Shown here in pieces: positions 40,654-48,531 of a stretch of DNA of 64,000 nucleotides (its first letter is position 1; every line of letters begins with the position of its first letter). This DNA comes from Candidatus Saccharimonadota bacterium (lineage in GTDB: Bacteria > Patescibacteriota > Saccharimonadia > CAILAD01 > BJGX01): NCBI GenBank assembly GCA_014191035.1, contig BJGX01000001.1:24187-88186 (forward strand), read 5' to 3'. The translations under genes were made by a program, and so were the position numbers. The notes below the pieces were generated by a model. The model did not search any database. It was given only the letters and a program-made list of their open reading frames with translations, and was not told the origin of the DNA.

Positions 40654-41447
40654 TGAAAATTTTATACATCGGTGACATAGTTGCAAAAATTGGTAGGCGA
40701 GCAGTCGCGCAAGTTTTGCCAAAGTTAAAAGAAGAGAAGCAAATTGATTTTGTAATTGCGCAGTCTGAAAACATCAGCACCGGTAACGGCCTAACTGCAA
40801 AAGCAATTAGAGAAGTTAAAGAAGCGGGTGTAGATTTATTTACTGGTGGCAACCATAGCTTTAAAAAACCAGAGGGTGTAGATATGCTAAACGATCCAAA
40901 CGAGCCAATAATTCGTCCTGCTAATTACCCTGGCAAAACCCCCGGCCGAGGCTGGAAAATTGCCGAAACACCTTTTGGAAAAATATTGGTAATTAATCTT
41001 TTGGGACAAACATTTAACGGGCCACTCTTGGACCACCCACTAAAAGTTGTTGATGCGATACTTGAAGAAAACAAAGACGAAAAACTCTCAGCAACAATTG
41101 TGGACTTGCACGCTGATTTAACATCAGAAAAAGTTGCTATCGGCTTTTACCTAGATGGTAGAGTCAGTGGCGTGGTTGGAAGTCATATCCACGTAAGCAC
41201 TGCTGACGCCAAAGTATTACCAGGCGGAACTGCGCATATTACCGATGTCGGTATGACCGGCCCAACTGATTCCGTACTGGGTGTAAAAAAAGAAATAATT
41301 ATAGATAAATGGCTGAACCAACTTCCTAATAAATTCGATTGGCCGACTACAGGCATCGTGCAATTTAGCTCTGTACTGATAGATGTTGATAGTGATGGCA
41401 AAGCCAAGTCTATTGAGCAAATACTAATAAATACTGAGGTTAGTTAA
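40653..41447 (+). CDS. ymdB: YmdB/TIGR00282 metallophosphoesterase
   Basis: IGDIV, TGGNH, RPANYP, HADLTSEK, TDVGMTG; follows rny. Confidence 0.9.
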   Translation: MKILYIGDIVAKIGRRAVAQVLPKLKEEKQIDFVIAQSENISTGNGLTAKAIREVKEAGVDLFTGGNHSFKKPEGVDMLNDPNEPIIRPANYPGKTPGRGWKIAETPFGKILVINLLGQTFNGPLLDHPLKVVDAILEENKDEKLSATIVDLHADLTSEKVAIGFYLDGRVSGVVGSHIHVSTADAKVLPGGTAHITDVGMTGPTDSVLGVKKEIIIDKWLNQLPNKFDWPTTGIVQFSSVLIDVDSDGKAKSIEQILINTEVS

Positions 41448-41728
41448 TGATCAAGCCAGAACTCATTCAGGAAATTGCTAATAAAACCAGAATGCCAAAA
41501 AACAAGATTGAGCTCGTGATGGATACTATGCTCGAAACCATAATTGATGAAGTGAAAGATGGCGAGAAAGTATTAATAAGCGGATTTGGAGTTTTTCACC
41601 TTACACACCGCAAAGCTCGCAATGGAATAAATCCAAATACCAAAGAAAAGCTACAGATTAACGGTATGCAGGTTCCTAAGTTTCGGGCCGGTGAGCAGTT
41701 CAAGCGTGCAGTGCGCGGCAAAAAATAA
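41447..41728 (+). CDS. hup: HU family DNA-binding protein
   Basis: GFGVF, ARNGINPNT, PKFRAG. Confidence 0.93.
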   Translation: MIKPELIQEIANKTRMPKNKIELVMDTMLETIIDEVKDGEKVLISGFGVFHLTHRKARNGINPNTKEKLQINGMQVPKFRAGEQFKRAVRGKK

Positions 41729-41766
41729 GTATGTAAATATCACTACATAAGCTTTATAATGTTTCT

Positions 41767-43020
41767 ATGGTAGGTCCTGTAGTTGACGAAAAAATACTTC
41801 AAAATTTAAGAAAAAGTAAGTACAAATTAGATGCTTTTAATGAGATAGACGACTCGTTGAAAGGATTCGTGCTACTTAAACTTACAAGGCCATCTCGAAA
41901 AAAGATATTAAAGTCGCTAGACAATGATGAAATTGTTAAGATTCTTAATACCTTGGATCCAAACAAGGCAACTGCGCTTTTAAGGGATTTATCAAAAATA
42001 AGATCTAGGCATATTACAAATAGATTAGACACAGATGTAAAAGAAAAAGTTGAGTTATTACTAAGCTTTAACCCTAAAACAGCCTCTGGACTTATGAATC
42101 TGGACTATGTTTTGGCTACACCAGGAACTCATTTTGAGGATTTATCTAGAGATATCGAGGAGCACGAAAAAAACACTGGAAAATTCCCTTCAATATTTAT
42201 GATTGATAATGGGAAGCTTGTGGGGGAACTGCCAGGGCATGTTCTAGCTCTGCATAAGGGTAAAGAAAAGATAGATAAATACGTTAAAAGAGTCCCCCAT
42301 ATTAGATACGATAACGATGAAAAGGATGTAATAAATTCATTTTTAAAGCACCCTCACGATAAAGTGGTTGTTCTAGATGAGAACGAAGATATATTGGGCG
42401 TAATTCATTCGGATGATTTATTAGCATTGTTAGATAAAAGAAGGTCTAGTGATCTCTATGGACTAGCAGGGGTAAACAAAGAAGAAGATGCAACCGATGG
42501 GCTGTTTACGAAAGTAAGATTTCGATGGTTATGGCTAATAATAAACTTAGGCACCGCTTTCTTAGCAGCTTCAGTTGTTGGAATGTTCGAAGATACAATT
42601 AGTAAGTTCACACTTCTTGCCGTATATATGCCAATTGTAGCCGGTATGGGTGGTAATGCTGCGACTCAAACTTTGGCTGTAACTGTTCGCGGAATTGTAA
42701 TGCAAGAAATTAGCCTTAAAAATTCAATTAAGTATATAGCTAGAGAAATAGGTGCAGGCGTCATTAACGGAGCTATTAATGGTCTTTTGGTGGCTGCTGT
42801 GGCTGTATTTATAAACAAAAATCCAATGCTTGGATTGGTTTTAGCTATCGCTATGGTATGTAACTTATTTATTGCCGCTTTTGCTGGTGCATTGATTCCA
42901 CTTATCATGAAAAAGCTCGGAAAAGATCCAGCTACTTCTGCGACAATATTTATTACCACCTGTACTGATGTTGGCGGTTTTTTTGTATTTTTAAGTCTAG
43001 CGCAAGCATTATTAAAATAA
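41767..43020 (+). CDS. mgtE: Magnesium transporter MgtE
   Basis: MgtE-N and CBS domains, WLIINL, GMGGNAATQ, DPATSA, TTCTDV. Confidence 0.92.
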   Translation: MVGPVVDEKILQNLRKSKYKLDAFNEIDDSLKGFVLLKLTRPSRKKILKSLDNDEIVKILNTLDPNKATALLRDLSKIRSRHITNRLDTDVKEKVELLLSFNPKTASGLMNLDYVLATPGTHFEDLSRDIEEHEKNTGKFPSIFMIDNGKLVGELPGHVLALHKGKEKIDKYVKRVPHIRYDNDEKDVINSFLKHPHDKVVVLDENEDILGVIHSDDLLALLDKRRSSDLYGLAGVNKEEDATDGLFTKVRFRWLWLIINLGTAFLAASVVGMFEDTISKFTLLAVYMPIVAGMGGNAATQTLAVTVRGIVMQEISLKNSIKYIAREIGAGVINGAINGLLVAAVAVFINKNPMLGLVLAIAMVCNLFIAAFAGALIPLIMKKLGKDPATSATIFITTCTDVGGFFVFLSLAQALLK

Positions 43021-43023
43021 GCT

Positions 43024-44043
43024 ATGAAAGAAGAACTAACTAAAACAGACAAAAAAAACGAATCGACGGAATCGGGGAATAAAACAAAAGACAATAATAA
43101 AAAAAGCAAACCTATTTATAAGAAGGCTTGGTTTTGGTCGATAGTACTTATATCTGTCTTGGCAATTATTCTATCTATTTTTGCTGTTGTTTATTTTGGA
43201 GCCCAATCAAGAAATAAGCAGATTCTATCCAAGGGATGGTTTGAAATAGCAGAAAAGAATAAGGCATTATCTCAGCTTGCTGAAAAAATTGAAAATCAAG
43301 AAACTTATGATTCATATAACTCTGAACTAAAAAAATTATCTGCCTTAGTGGATGAAAATAAATTTGCTAGCCAAAAACTTCAATATAAACAGATTGATGC
43401 TAAAAAGTATGATAATTTTATAAATGAATATCAAAAATATATAAACCAATCAGCCTCTTACGCAGATAAAATAAAAGAATACACTGAGTCAGATAAAGAA
43501 AAGTTAAAAGTTTTGTCAGAACCATCCAAGACAGCAGCAGCTGAGCTTAAAAATGAAGCAAAATATTTGAAAGACGAAATGCCTAGTTCGGCCTTTAGTA
43601 TCCAAGATATTTTATTTGAGGCCAATAAAGTAATACTGACTAGTGAACTAAGCACTAAAGCCAAGTTACTTGCCGAGCAGGCCGCCACTGCCAAAGACGC
43701 CATAGATAAAAAGGCTGCAGAAAATACGGCCGGGAATTTCTTGAATGCATATTTAGCCGGAAACGCACCTTTGATGCGTCAATATATGACTGAGGCTTAT
43801 CAAAAGGAATATGATTTTAATCAGCTTAGTCCGGAATCAAGAGCTACTACCTATCCAGCAAGTTTTAGAATACTTAATAATCAAAAATTAGAAGAAGGTA
43901 AATATAAAGTTCAAGCAAACTTATTATTTAAGTTTAGGGACGGCTCAAGTCAATACATAGTTGGGTACGAAATGAATGTTATTTACGATACTAATCAATC
44001 GAAGTGGCTCATTAACAGCACCAAAGAAGGAAGTAGTTTTTAA
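43024..44043 (+). CDS. Membrane-anchored helical protein with C-terminal NTF2-like domain
   Basis: YKKAWFW + TM, long helical stalk, ...KWLI terminal strand. Confidence 0.6.
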   Translation: MKEELTKTDKKNESTESGNKTKDNNKKSKPIYKKAWFWSIVLISVLAIILSIFAVVYFGAQSRNKQILSKGWFEIAEKNKALSQLAEKIENQETYDSYNSELKKLSALVDENKFASQKLQYKQIDAKKYDNFINEYQKYINQSASYADKIKEYTESDKEKLKVLSEPSKTAAAELKNEAKYLKDEMPSSAFSIQDILFEANKVILTSELSTKAKLLAEQAATAKDAIDKKAAENTAGNFLNAYLAGNAPLMRQYMTEAYQKEYDFNQLSPESRATTYPASFRILNNQKLEEGKYKVQANLLFKFRDGSSQYIVGYEMNVIYDTNQSKWLINSTKEGSSF

Positions 44044-44058
44044 ATTATATTAATTCAA

Positions 44059-44087
44059 AAAAAAGACCGAATAATTCGGTCTTTTTT
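44059..44087. terminator. Bidirectional terminator
   Basis: AAAAAAGACCGAA/TTCGGTCTTTTTT. Confidence 0.78.
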
Positions 44088-44089
44088 AA

Positions 44090-44167
44090 TGGGGCGAGTG
44101 ATGGGTTTCGAACCCACGGCCTTCAGAGCCACAATCTGACGCTCTAACCAACTGAGCTACACCCGCC
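44090..44167 (-). tRNA. tRNA-His(GTG)
   Basis: TCAGA-TTGTGGC-TCTGA, G-1:C73, CCA. Confidence 0.95.
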
Positions 44168-44191
44168 ATATCAAAAATATTAATTTTTTTA

Positions 44192-44268
44192 TGGTACCCC
44201 CGGCAGGATTCGAACCTACGACCCACAGTTTAGAAAACTGTTGCTCTATCCAACTGAGCTACGGGGGC
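44192..44268 (-). tRNA. tRNA-Arg(TCT)
   Basis: ACAGT-TTTCTAA-ACTGT, CCA. Confidence 0.95.
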
Positions 44269-44333
44269 TAACAATTAATATTATAGCCTGCCTTATAAAA
44301 TAAATTAATCCCGGCAGGCGGGATTTAATTGTA

Positions 44334-44408
44334 TGGAGCGGGTAGCGGGAATCAAACCCGCATCACCTGCTTGGAAGGCAGGAGTAATAATCATTATACG
44401 ATACCCGC
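44334..44408 (-). tRNA. tRNA-Gly(TCC) with A19/U56
   Basis: CCTGC-CTTCCAA-GCAGG, U73, CCA; D-loop AATGATT and T-loop TTTGATT. Confidence 0.92.
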
Positions 44409-44630
44409 ATACAGAAAGGACGCACAAAGTGCGCCAGCTTTCTGGATCAAATTGAAATAAATCAATTTGGGATATGAAAAGAAATAAAAGGTACAAGGGC
44501 TAAATAATAATCGCCTAACCACAAAATTATATACTATTTAACTACTATGCGCAACCTGAATTAGCTTGTTTTTACGAATAGCATAAAGGAGTATAATTAA
44601 ATAAATAAAATATTTAAAGGAGATAAACTT

Positions 44631-44969
44631 ATGAATAAAATTTTAAAGATATCATCAATTACTGCAGGTGCTGTAGCCTCTTTTTATCCGCTAGCTGCCA
44701 GAGCAGAAAATTATAGCGATGCTTCAACCGCAGGTGGAGCTTTGGCAGGCTTTGCAATATTTTTCATTTTACTAATGATGATTTTTTGGGTAGGTATCTT
44801 ACTGCTTTGGATTTTTTGGCTAGTAATGATAATTGATATTGTAAAGAGAGACTGGAAGAATACTGGCGATAGGGCGGCCTATTTGGTGCTAGTTATTTTT
44901 ATGAATATCATTGGGGCTTTAATATATTACTTTGCTGTAAAAAGACATCTGGATAATAAAAAGAAGTAA
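44631..44969 (+). CDS. Signal-peptide-bearing PLDc_N-like small membrane protein, copy 1
   Basis: Signal peptide ending PLAARA; FWLVMIIDIVKR...IGALIYYFAVKR. Confidence 0.75.
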   Translation: MNKILKISSITAGAVASFYPLAARAENYSDASTAGGALAGFAIFFILLMMIFWVGILLLWIFWLVMIIDIVKRDWKNTGDRAAYLVLVIFMNIIGALIYYFAVKRHLDNKKK

Positions 44970-45035
44970 TTATTTGATTAATTATTAGGTTAAGTGTAAT
45001 AATATAAAATAAGTAAATTAATTAAGGAGGAAAAG

Positions 45036-45434
45036 ATGAATAAATTATTAAAGTATGGTGCATTGAGTGGTGCGTTGGCTTCATTTGCACCCCTAGCAGC
45101 GAGGGCTCAAGATGAGGTTGTAGACGTTGTGGATTCAGCTGATGTTGCAGCTGCAACAACAGCAACAGCTGGATTGGCGGCTGGACTTTTGATTGTCTGG
45201 GGGGTTGTAGCTATTATCGGTCTAGCATTATTTATATTCTGGGTTGTTATGCTTATTGATGTGTTCAAGCGAAAAAACTGGCAAGATGAAAGCCAGAAAA
45301 ATCTATGGATGATAATAATGATTGTTTCAATATTTGTAGGTCTTGCTGGACTTGCGGCTATTATTTACTACTTCGTAGTAAAAAGAGCATTAGACAGTAA
45401 AGGTTCCGCACCGCAAGCATCTGCACAAAAGTAG
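45036..45434 (+). CDS. Signal-peptide-bearing PLDc_N-like small membrane protein, copy 2
   Basis: Signal peptide ending PLAARA; FWVVMLIDVFKR...AAIIYYFVVKR. Confidence 0.75.
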   Translation: MNKLLKYGALSGALASFAPLAARAQDEVVDVVDSADVAAATTATAGLAAGLLIVWGVVAIIGLALFIFWVVMLIDVFKRKNWQDESQKNLWMIIMIVSIFVGLAGLAAIIYYFVVKRALDSKGSAPQASAQK

Positions 45435-45528
45435 ATTATTAAAATTCATTAGGGACCACTATGGTCCCTTTTGAATTGGTTCAAATCTAGAAAAATAGCT
45501 GAAAATATGTTAAAATAATCAAGTTTTA

Positions 45529-45605
45529 GCGCCCTTAGCTCAGCTGGATAGAGCGTCTGGCTTCGGACCAGAAGGTCGGGAGTTCGAATCTCTCAGGGCG
45601 TACCA
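45529..45605 (+). tRNA. tRNA-Arg(TCG)
   Basis: TCTGG-CTTCGGA-CCAGA, CCA. Confidence 0.95.
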
Positions 45606-45617
45606 TATATATAACAT

Positions 45618-45694
45618 GGGCCATTAGCTCAGTTGGTTAGAGCATCTGCCTCTTAAGCAGAGTGTCCTGGGTTCGAATCCCAGATGGCCCTCCA
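45618..45694 (+). tRNA. tRNA-Lys(CTT)
   Basis: TCTGC-CTCTTAA-GCAGA, CCA. Confidence 0.95.
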
Positions 45695-45711
45695 TGTTAT
45701 TATAAGAATAT

Positions 45712-45788
45712 CGGGGTGTGGCGCAGTTGGCTAGCGCGCGGCGTTTGGGACGCTGAGGTCGAAGGTTCGAGTCCTTTCACCCCGACCA
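45712..45788 (+). tRNA. tRNA-Pro(TGG)
   Basis: CGGGGTG 5' end, loop TTTGGGA, CCA. Confidence 0.95.
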
Positions 45789-45859
45789 TTGTAAGAAATC
45801 GAGATTAATCTCGATTTTTTATTTTTGTAAAGCAATCATTTAAGATATAATTAAAGCTT

Positions 45860-46468
45860 ATGCAATATACGAGTTATCAAGCACCATCTATGAAGCCAAG
45901 AAAAAAGAAGGGCAAACTACTTTTAGTTTTTATAGGAATAATACTTCTTTTGGTGGGGCTATATATTGCTTATTTATTAATTTCTCCTAAACTAGCAAAA
46001 AAACCAACCAAAGTTGTAGAGCAGGCCGTAAATGAAAAGCCCCAAGCAGATAAAAATACTGTTTTTATACCTAGCGTAGGTATCCAGGCTGGAATTGAAC
46101 AAGGCGATATTAACGTTTTAGATAAAGGGTTGGCATGGCACCGCATACCAGATCAAGGCAACCCAACAAAGGGTGGAAATATGATAATCACCGGACATAG
46201 CTTTGTTTGGGGGTATAGGCCTGATGAAGTTAAGAAAAAATCTATTTTTTATGATTTAAAAAATTCTAAAGTTGGCGATGAAGTTGTGGTTAATTGGGAG
46301 GGCAAGCAATACAAATATAAAATATCTAAGCTTAAAACAGTAAAGCCAAATGCCATTGAGATTGAAGATCAAACTTCAGAGCCACAGCTTACGATTTATA
46401 CCTGCACGATAGGCGGAGCGGCCGATGGCAGGGTTGTTATTATTGCTAAGCCAGAGGCTAATTCTTAA
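45860..46468 (+). CDS. Sortase (class D/E-like), catalytic triad intact
   Basis: TM anchor; ITGHS, LTIYTCT, GRVVIIA. Confidence 0.88.
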   Translation: MQYTSYQAPSMKPRKKKGKLLLVFIGIILLLVGLYIAYLLISPKLAKKPTKVVEQAVNEKPQADKNTVFIPSVGIQAGIEQGDINVLDKGLAWHRIPDQGNPTKGGNMIITGHSFVWGYRPDEVKKKSIFYDLKNSKVGDEVVVNWEGKQYKYKISKLKTVKPNAIEIEDQTSEPQLTIYTCTIGGAADGRVVIIAKPEANS

Positions 46469-46505
46469 AAGTGACAAAAGCCTAATAGTGGCGTATAAAT
46501 AAATT

Positions 46506-46730
46506 ATGGATTTAAATCAAATAGTACAACAGAATATATGGTGGCTGATACTTATTTTTGTATGGAGTACCGCCTGGAAAGCTTGGGCTCTTTGGATTGC
46601 GGCCAAAAAGGATCAAAAAGTTTGGTTTCTTATATTTATTATTCTAAATACCGCGGGCATACTAGAGATATTTTATATTTTTTACTTTAGCAAACAAGTA
46701 AAGTCTGCTAATGGTAAACACAAAGATTAA
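46506..46730 (+). CDS. DUF5652-like small membrane protein
   Basis: WKAWALWIAAK..QKVWF...NTAGILEIFY. Confidence 0.75.
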   Translation: MDLNQIVQQNIWWLILIFVWSTAWKAWALWIAAKKDQKVWFLIFIILNTAGILEIFYIFYFSKQVKSANGKHKD

Positions 46731-46735
46731 TTTCT

Positions 46736-46810
46736 TTGTAAACTTCATCAGATTAAACTAAAATATAGCTAGTCTCAGTAAACCTGGGTGAACTTTGAAA
46801 CGGAGGAAGG
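46736..46810 (+). promoter_or_regulatory. Promoter and structured leader of the acyl synthase operon
   Basis: TTGTAA-17 bp-TAAAAT, CTCAG/CTGGG hairpin, TGAACTTTGAAA, GGAGG SD. Confidence 0.6.
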
Positions 46811-47437
46811 ATGATCGAAAAAGGTCCAACGCCCCTCGTTACCATCCGGGTTGCAAATTCTTCAGATACAGAAGCGGTACAGAAGTGCCGTTTTGAAGTG
46901 TACTCTGAAATGGGCTATATCGAGCCTAGCAACTACCCAGATGGACGAGAGTTTGATCTTTATGATAACTATTCTAGTTCAGTTGTAGCATCTACTGCTA
47001 CTTCTTTTTCGGCCATTGGCACTACAAGGCTTGTACTCGGAAGCAAAGGCATCTTGCCTATCCAGAACCCTAAAAATCACGCAATTGATGTGTCTGGTCT
47101 TGGTAATGTCGCTGAAATTTCAAGGCTTTGCGTGCGGAAAAACTTTCGTAATTCGCGAATTAGCCTTGGTATGTATAGAGTTCTTTTCCATTTGGTTGAA
47201 ATCGAAAAAGTAGATACAGTATTTGCTGTGGTCGATGAGTCATTCTTGCAAATGATTCTGTGGATTGGCTTTCCTTTTGAGCAAATTGGAGAGCCAAAAA
47301 ATTACATGGGCCTTACAATTCCAACAGTTTGCAAAATACAAAATGTAATGCCAGCTTTGCAAGAAAGTGAAGTCGCAAATATGCTTGGTGTTACCCAGCT
47401 TTTTGAGATGCCATTTACCGGTAGCCTACAGATGTAG
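46811..47437 (+). CDS. LuxI/ExoAT-fold GNAT acyltransferase (N-acyl amino acid or AHL synthase-like)
   Basis: RFEVY, GREFDLYD, GTTRL, AEISRLCV, GFPFEQIG motifs. Confidence 0.8.
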   Translation: MIEKGPTPLVTIRVANSSDTEAVQKCRFEVYSEMGYIEPSNYPDGREFDLYDNYSSSVVASTATSFSAIGTTRLVLGSKGILPIQNPKNHAIDVSGLGNVAEISRLCVRKNFRNSRISLGMYRVLFHLVEIEKVDTVFAVVDESFLQMILWIGFPFEQIGEPKNYMGLTIPTVCKIQNVMPALQESEVANMLGVTQLFEMPFTGSLQM

Positions 47438-47449
47438 AAAGGGGGTCAA

Positions 47450-48475
47450 ATGGCTTGGCTCAAAGACAACTGGCAAGGTTTGGTGCCTTGGCTAATGTTC
47501 ATTGTAATTTATATTGCGACATTCAAGTTGGCATGGAAGAAGCTTGCTGATCTAGTGGTTTCAAATGCAACCAGAAGACACGGCGTTTTTAGCTGGAGAT
47601 TTTGGTGGCAGTTTGTCGAATACAGGCTAATTCTTCTCGCGCCATATATCCCATTTCTAGTTTTTAGAGAGTCAATGCCCACAACCGTTACTAAAATAAT
47701 CTTTTGGTGGGTGATTTTGATGCTTGTGATGGGTATTTTGCGCTTTGTTAAGACTGAACGTCTGACCAAAATTTTGTGGTGGGTTTACGGCTATATGTAT
47801 GATGGCCTGCTAAACTTCTATCCCTACAGAAATCTTGTCAACAACGTAGTTGATTTGATGGAAGTAGAGGATGGGCATAAAGTTCTGGAAGTAGGCTGTG
47901 GAACTGGTAACGTAATGCAATCTTTGCTGGATAGGGCCGACATAATTGTTGTTGGAGTTGATAGCTCTAAATCAATGATTAGACAGGCTCAACGTAAATT
48001 GCATCACTCTCTGCAGACCAACAAGTCGAGCCTTATCGGCTCAGACGCACTAGTATACATGAAGTCTTTGCCTAGCCAGTCCTTTGACAGGATTAGTATG
48101 GTTAACTTCTTGTATGCTGCCCAAAACAGGCTAGAAATTTGGGCAGAGTGTCTGAGGATAATTAAGCCTGAAGGAAAAATTGTTGTTACTACTTCTACTG
48201 AAGGAGGCTCAAGACCTATTATTCAGGAGCACCTTAGAAATGCTTCTTGGGTACAGTTGGTTTCGCTAAGGCTTATTGGAGTAGTTATTATAGACTTCTT
48301 CATCTCAGAGCTTGCAAAAGCTGGACCATTTGAATTTCCTACACAAGATGTCTTGCTGGCTGAAGTGCGTGAGTGCGGAGGTATTTATAGTAAAGTATCT
48401 CGTGTATATGGTGGAGCTGAAAATGGTGTAAATATTATCTTTAGTGTTATAGCTGAAGATGAATTAAAGTTCTAG
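47450..48475 (+). CDS. Class I SAM methyltransferase with N-terminal 3-TM domain
   Basis: VLEVGCGTG, GVDSSKSM, SFD, LRIIKPEG; hydrophobic first ~110 aa. Confidence 0.85.
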   Translation: MAWLKDNWQGLVPWLMFIVIYIATFKLAWKKLADLVVSNATRRHGVFSWRFWWQFVEYRLILLAPYIPFLVFRESMPTTVTKIIFWWVILMLVMGILRFVKTERLTKILWWVYGYMYDGLLNFYPYRNLVNNVVDLMEVEDGHKVLEVGCGTGNVMQSLLDRADIIVVGVDSSKSMIRQAQRKLHHSLQTNKSSLIGSDALVYMKSLPSQSFDRISMVNFLYAAQNRLEIWAECLRIIKPEGKIVVTTSTEGGSRPIIQEHLRNASWVQLVSLRLIGVVIIDFFISELAKAGPFEFPTQDVLLAEVRECGGIYSKVSRVYGGAENGVNIIFSVIAEDELKF

Positions 48476-48517
48476 GGTCCTTTGGGGAGAGCAACCTCCC
48501 TGAAGGACCCTTTTTTT
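48474..48517 (+). terminator. Long intrinsic terminator after the methyltransferase
   Basis: AGGGTCCTTTGGGGAG...CTCCCTGAAGGACCCT plus T-run. Confidence 0.8.
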
Positions 48518-48531
48518 GTTAAGATAGTATT

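Noticed and set aside
44305-44496. 63-aa minus-strand ORF
   Set aside because: Fully overlaps tRNA-Gly and its leader.
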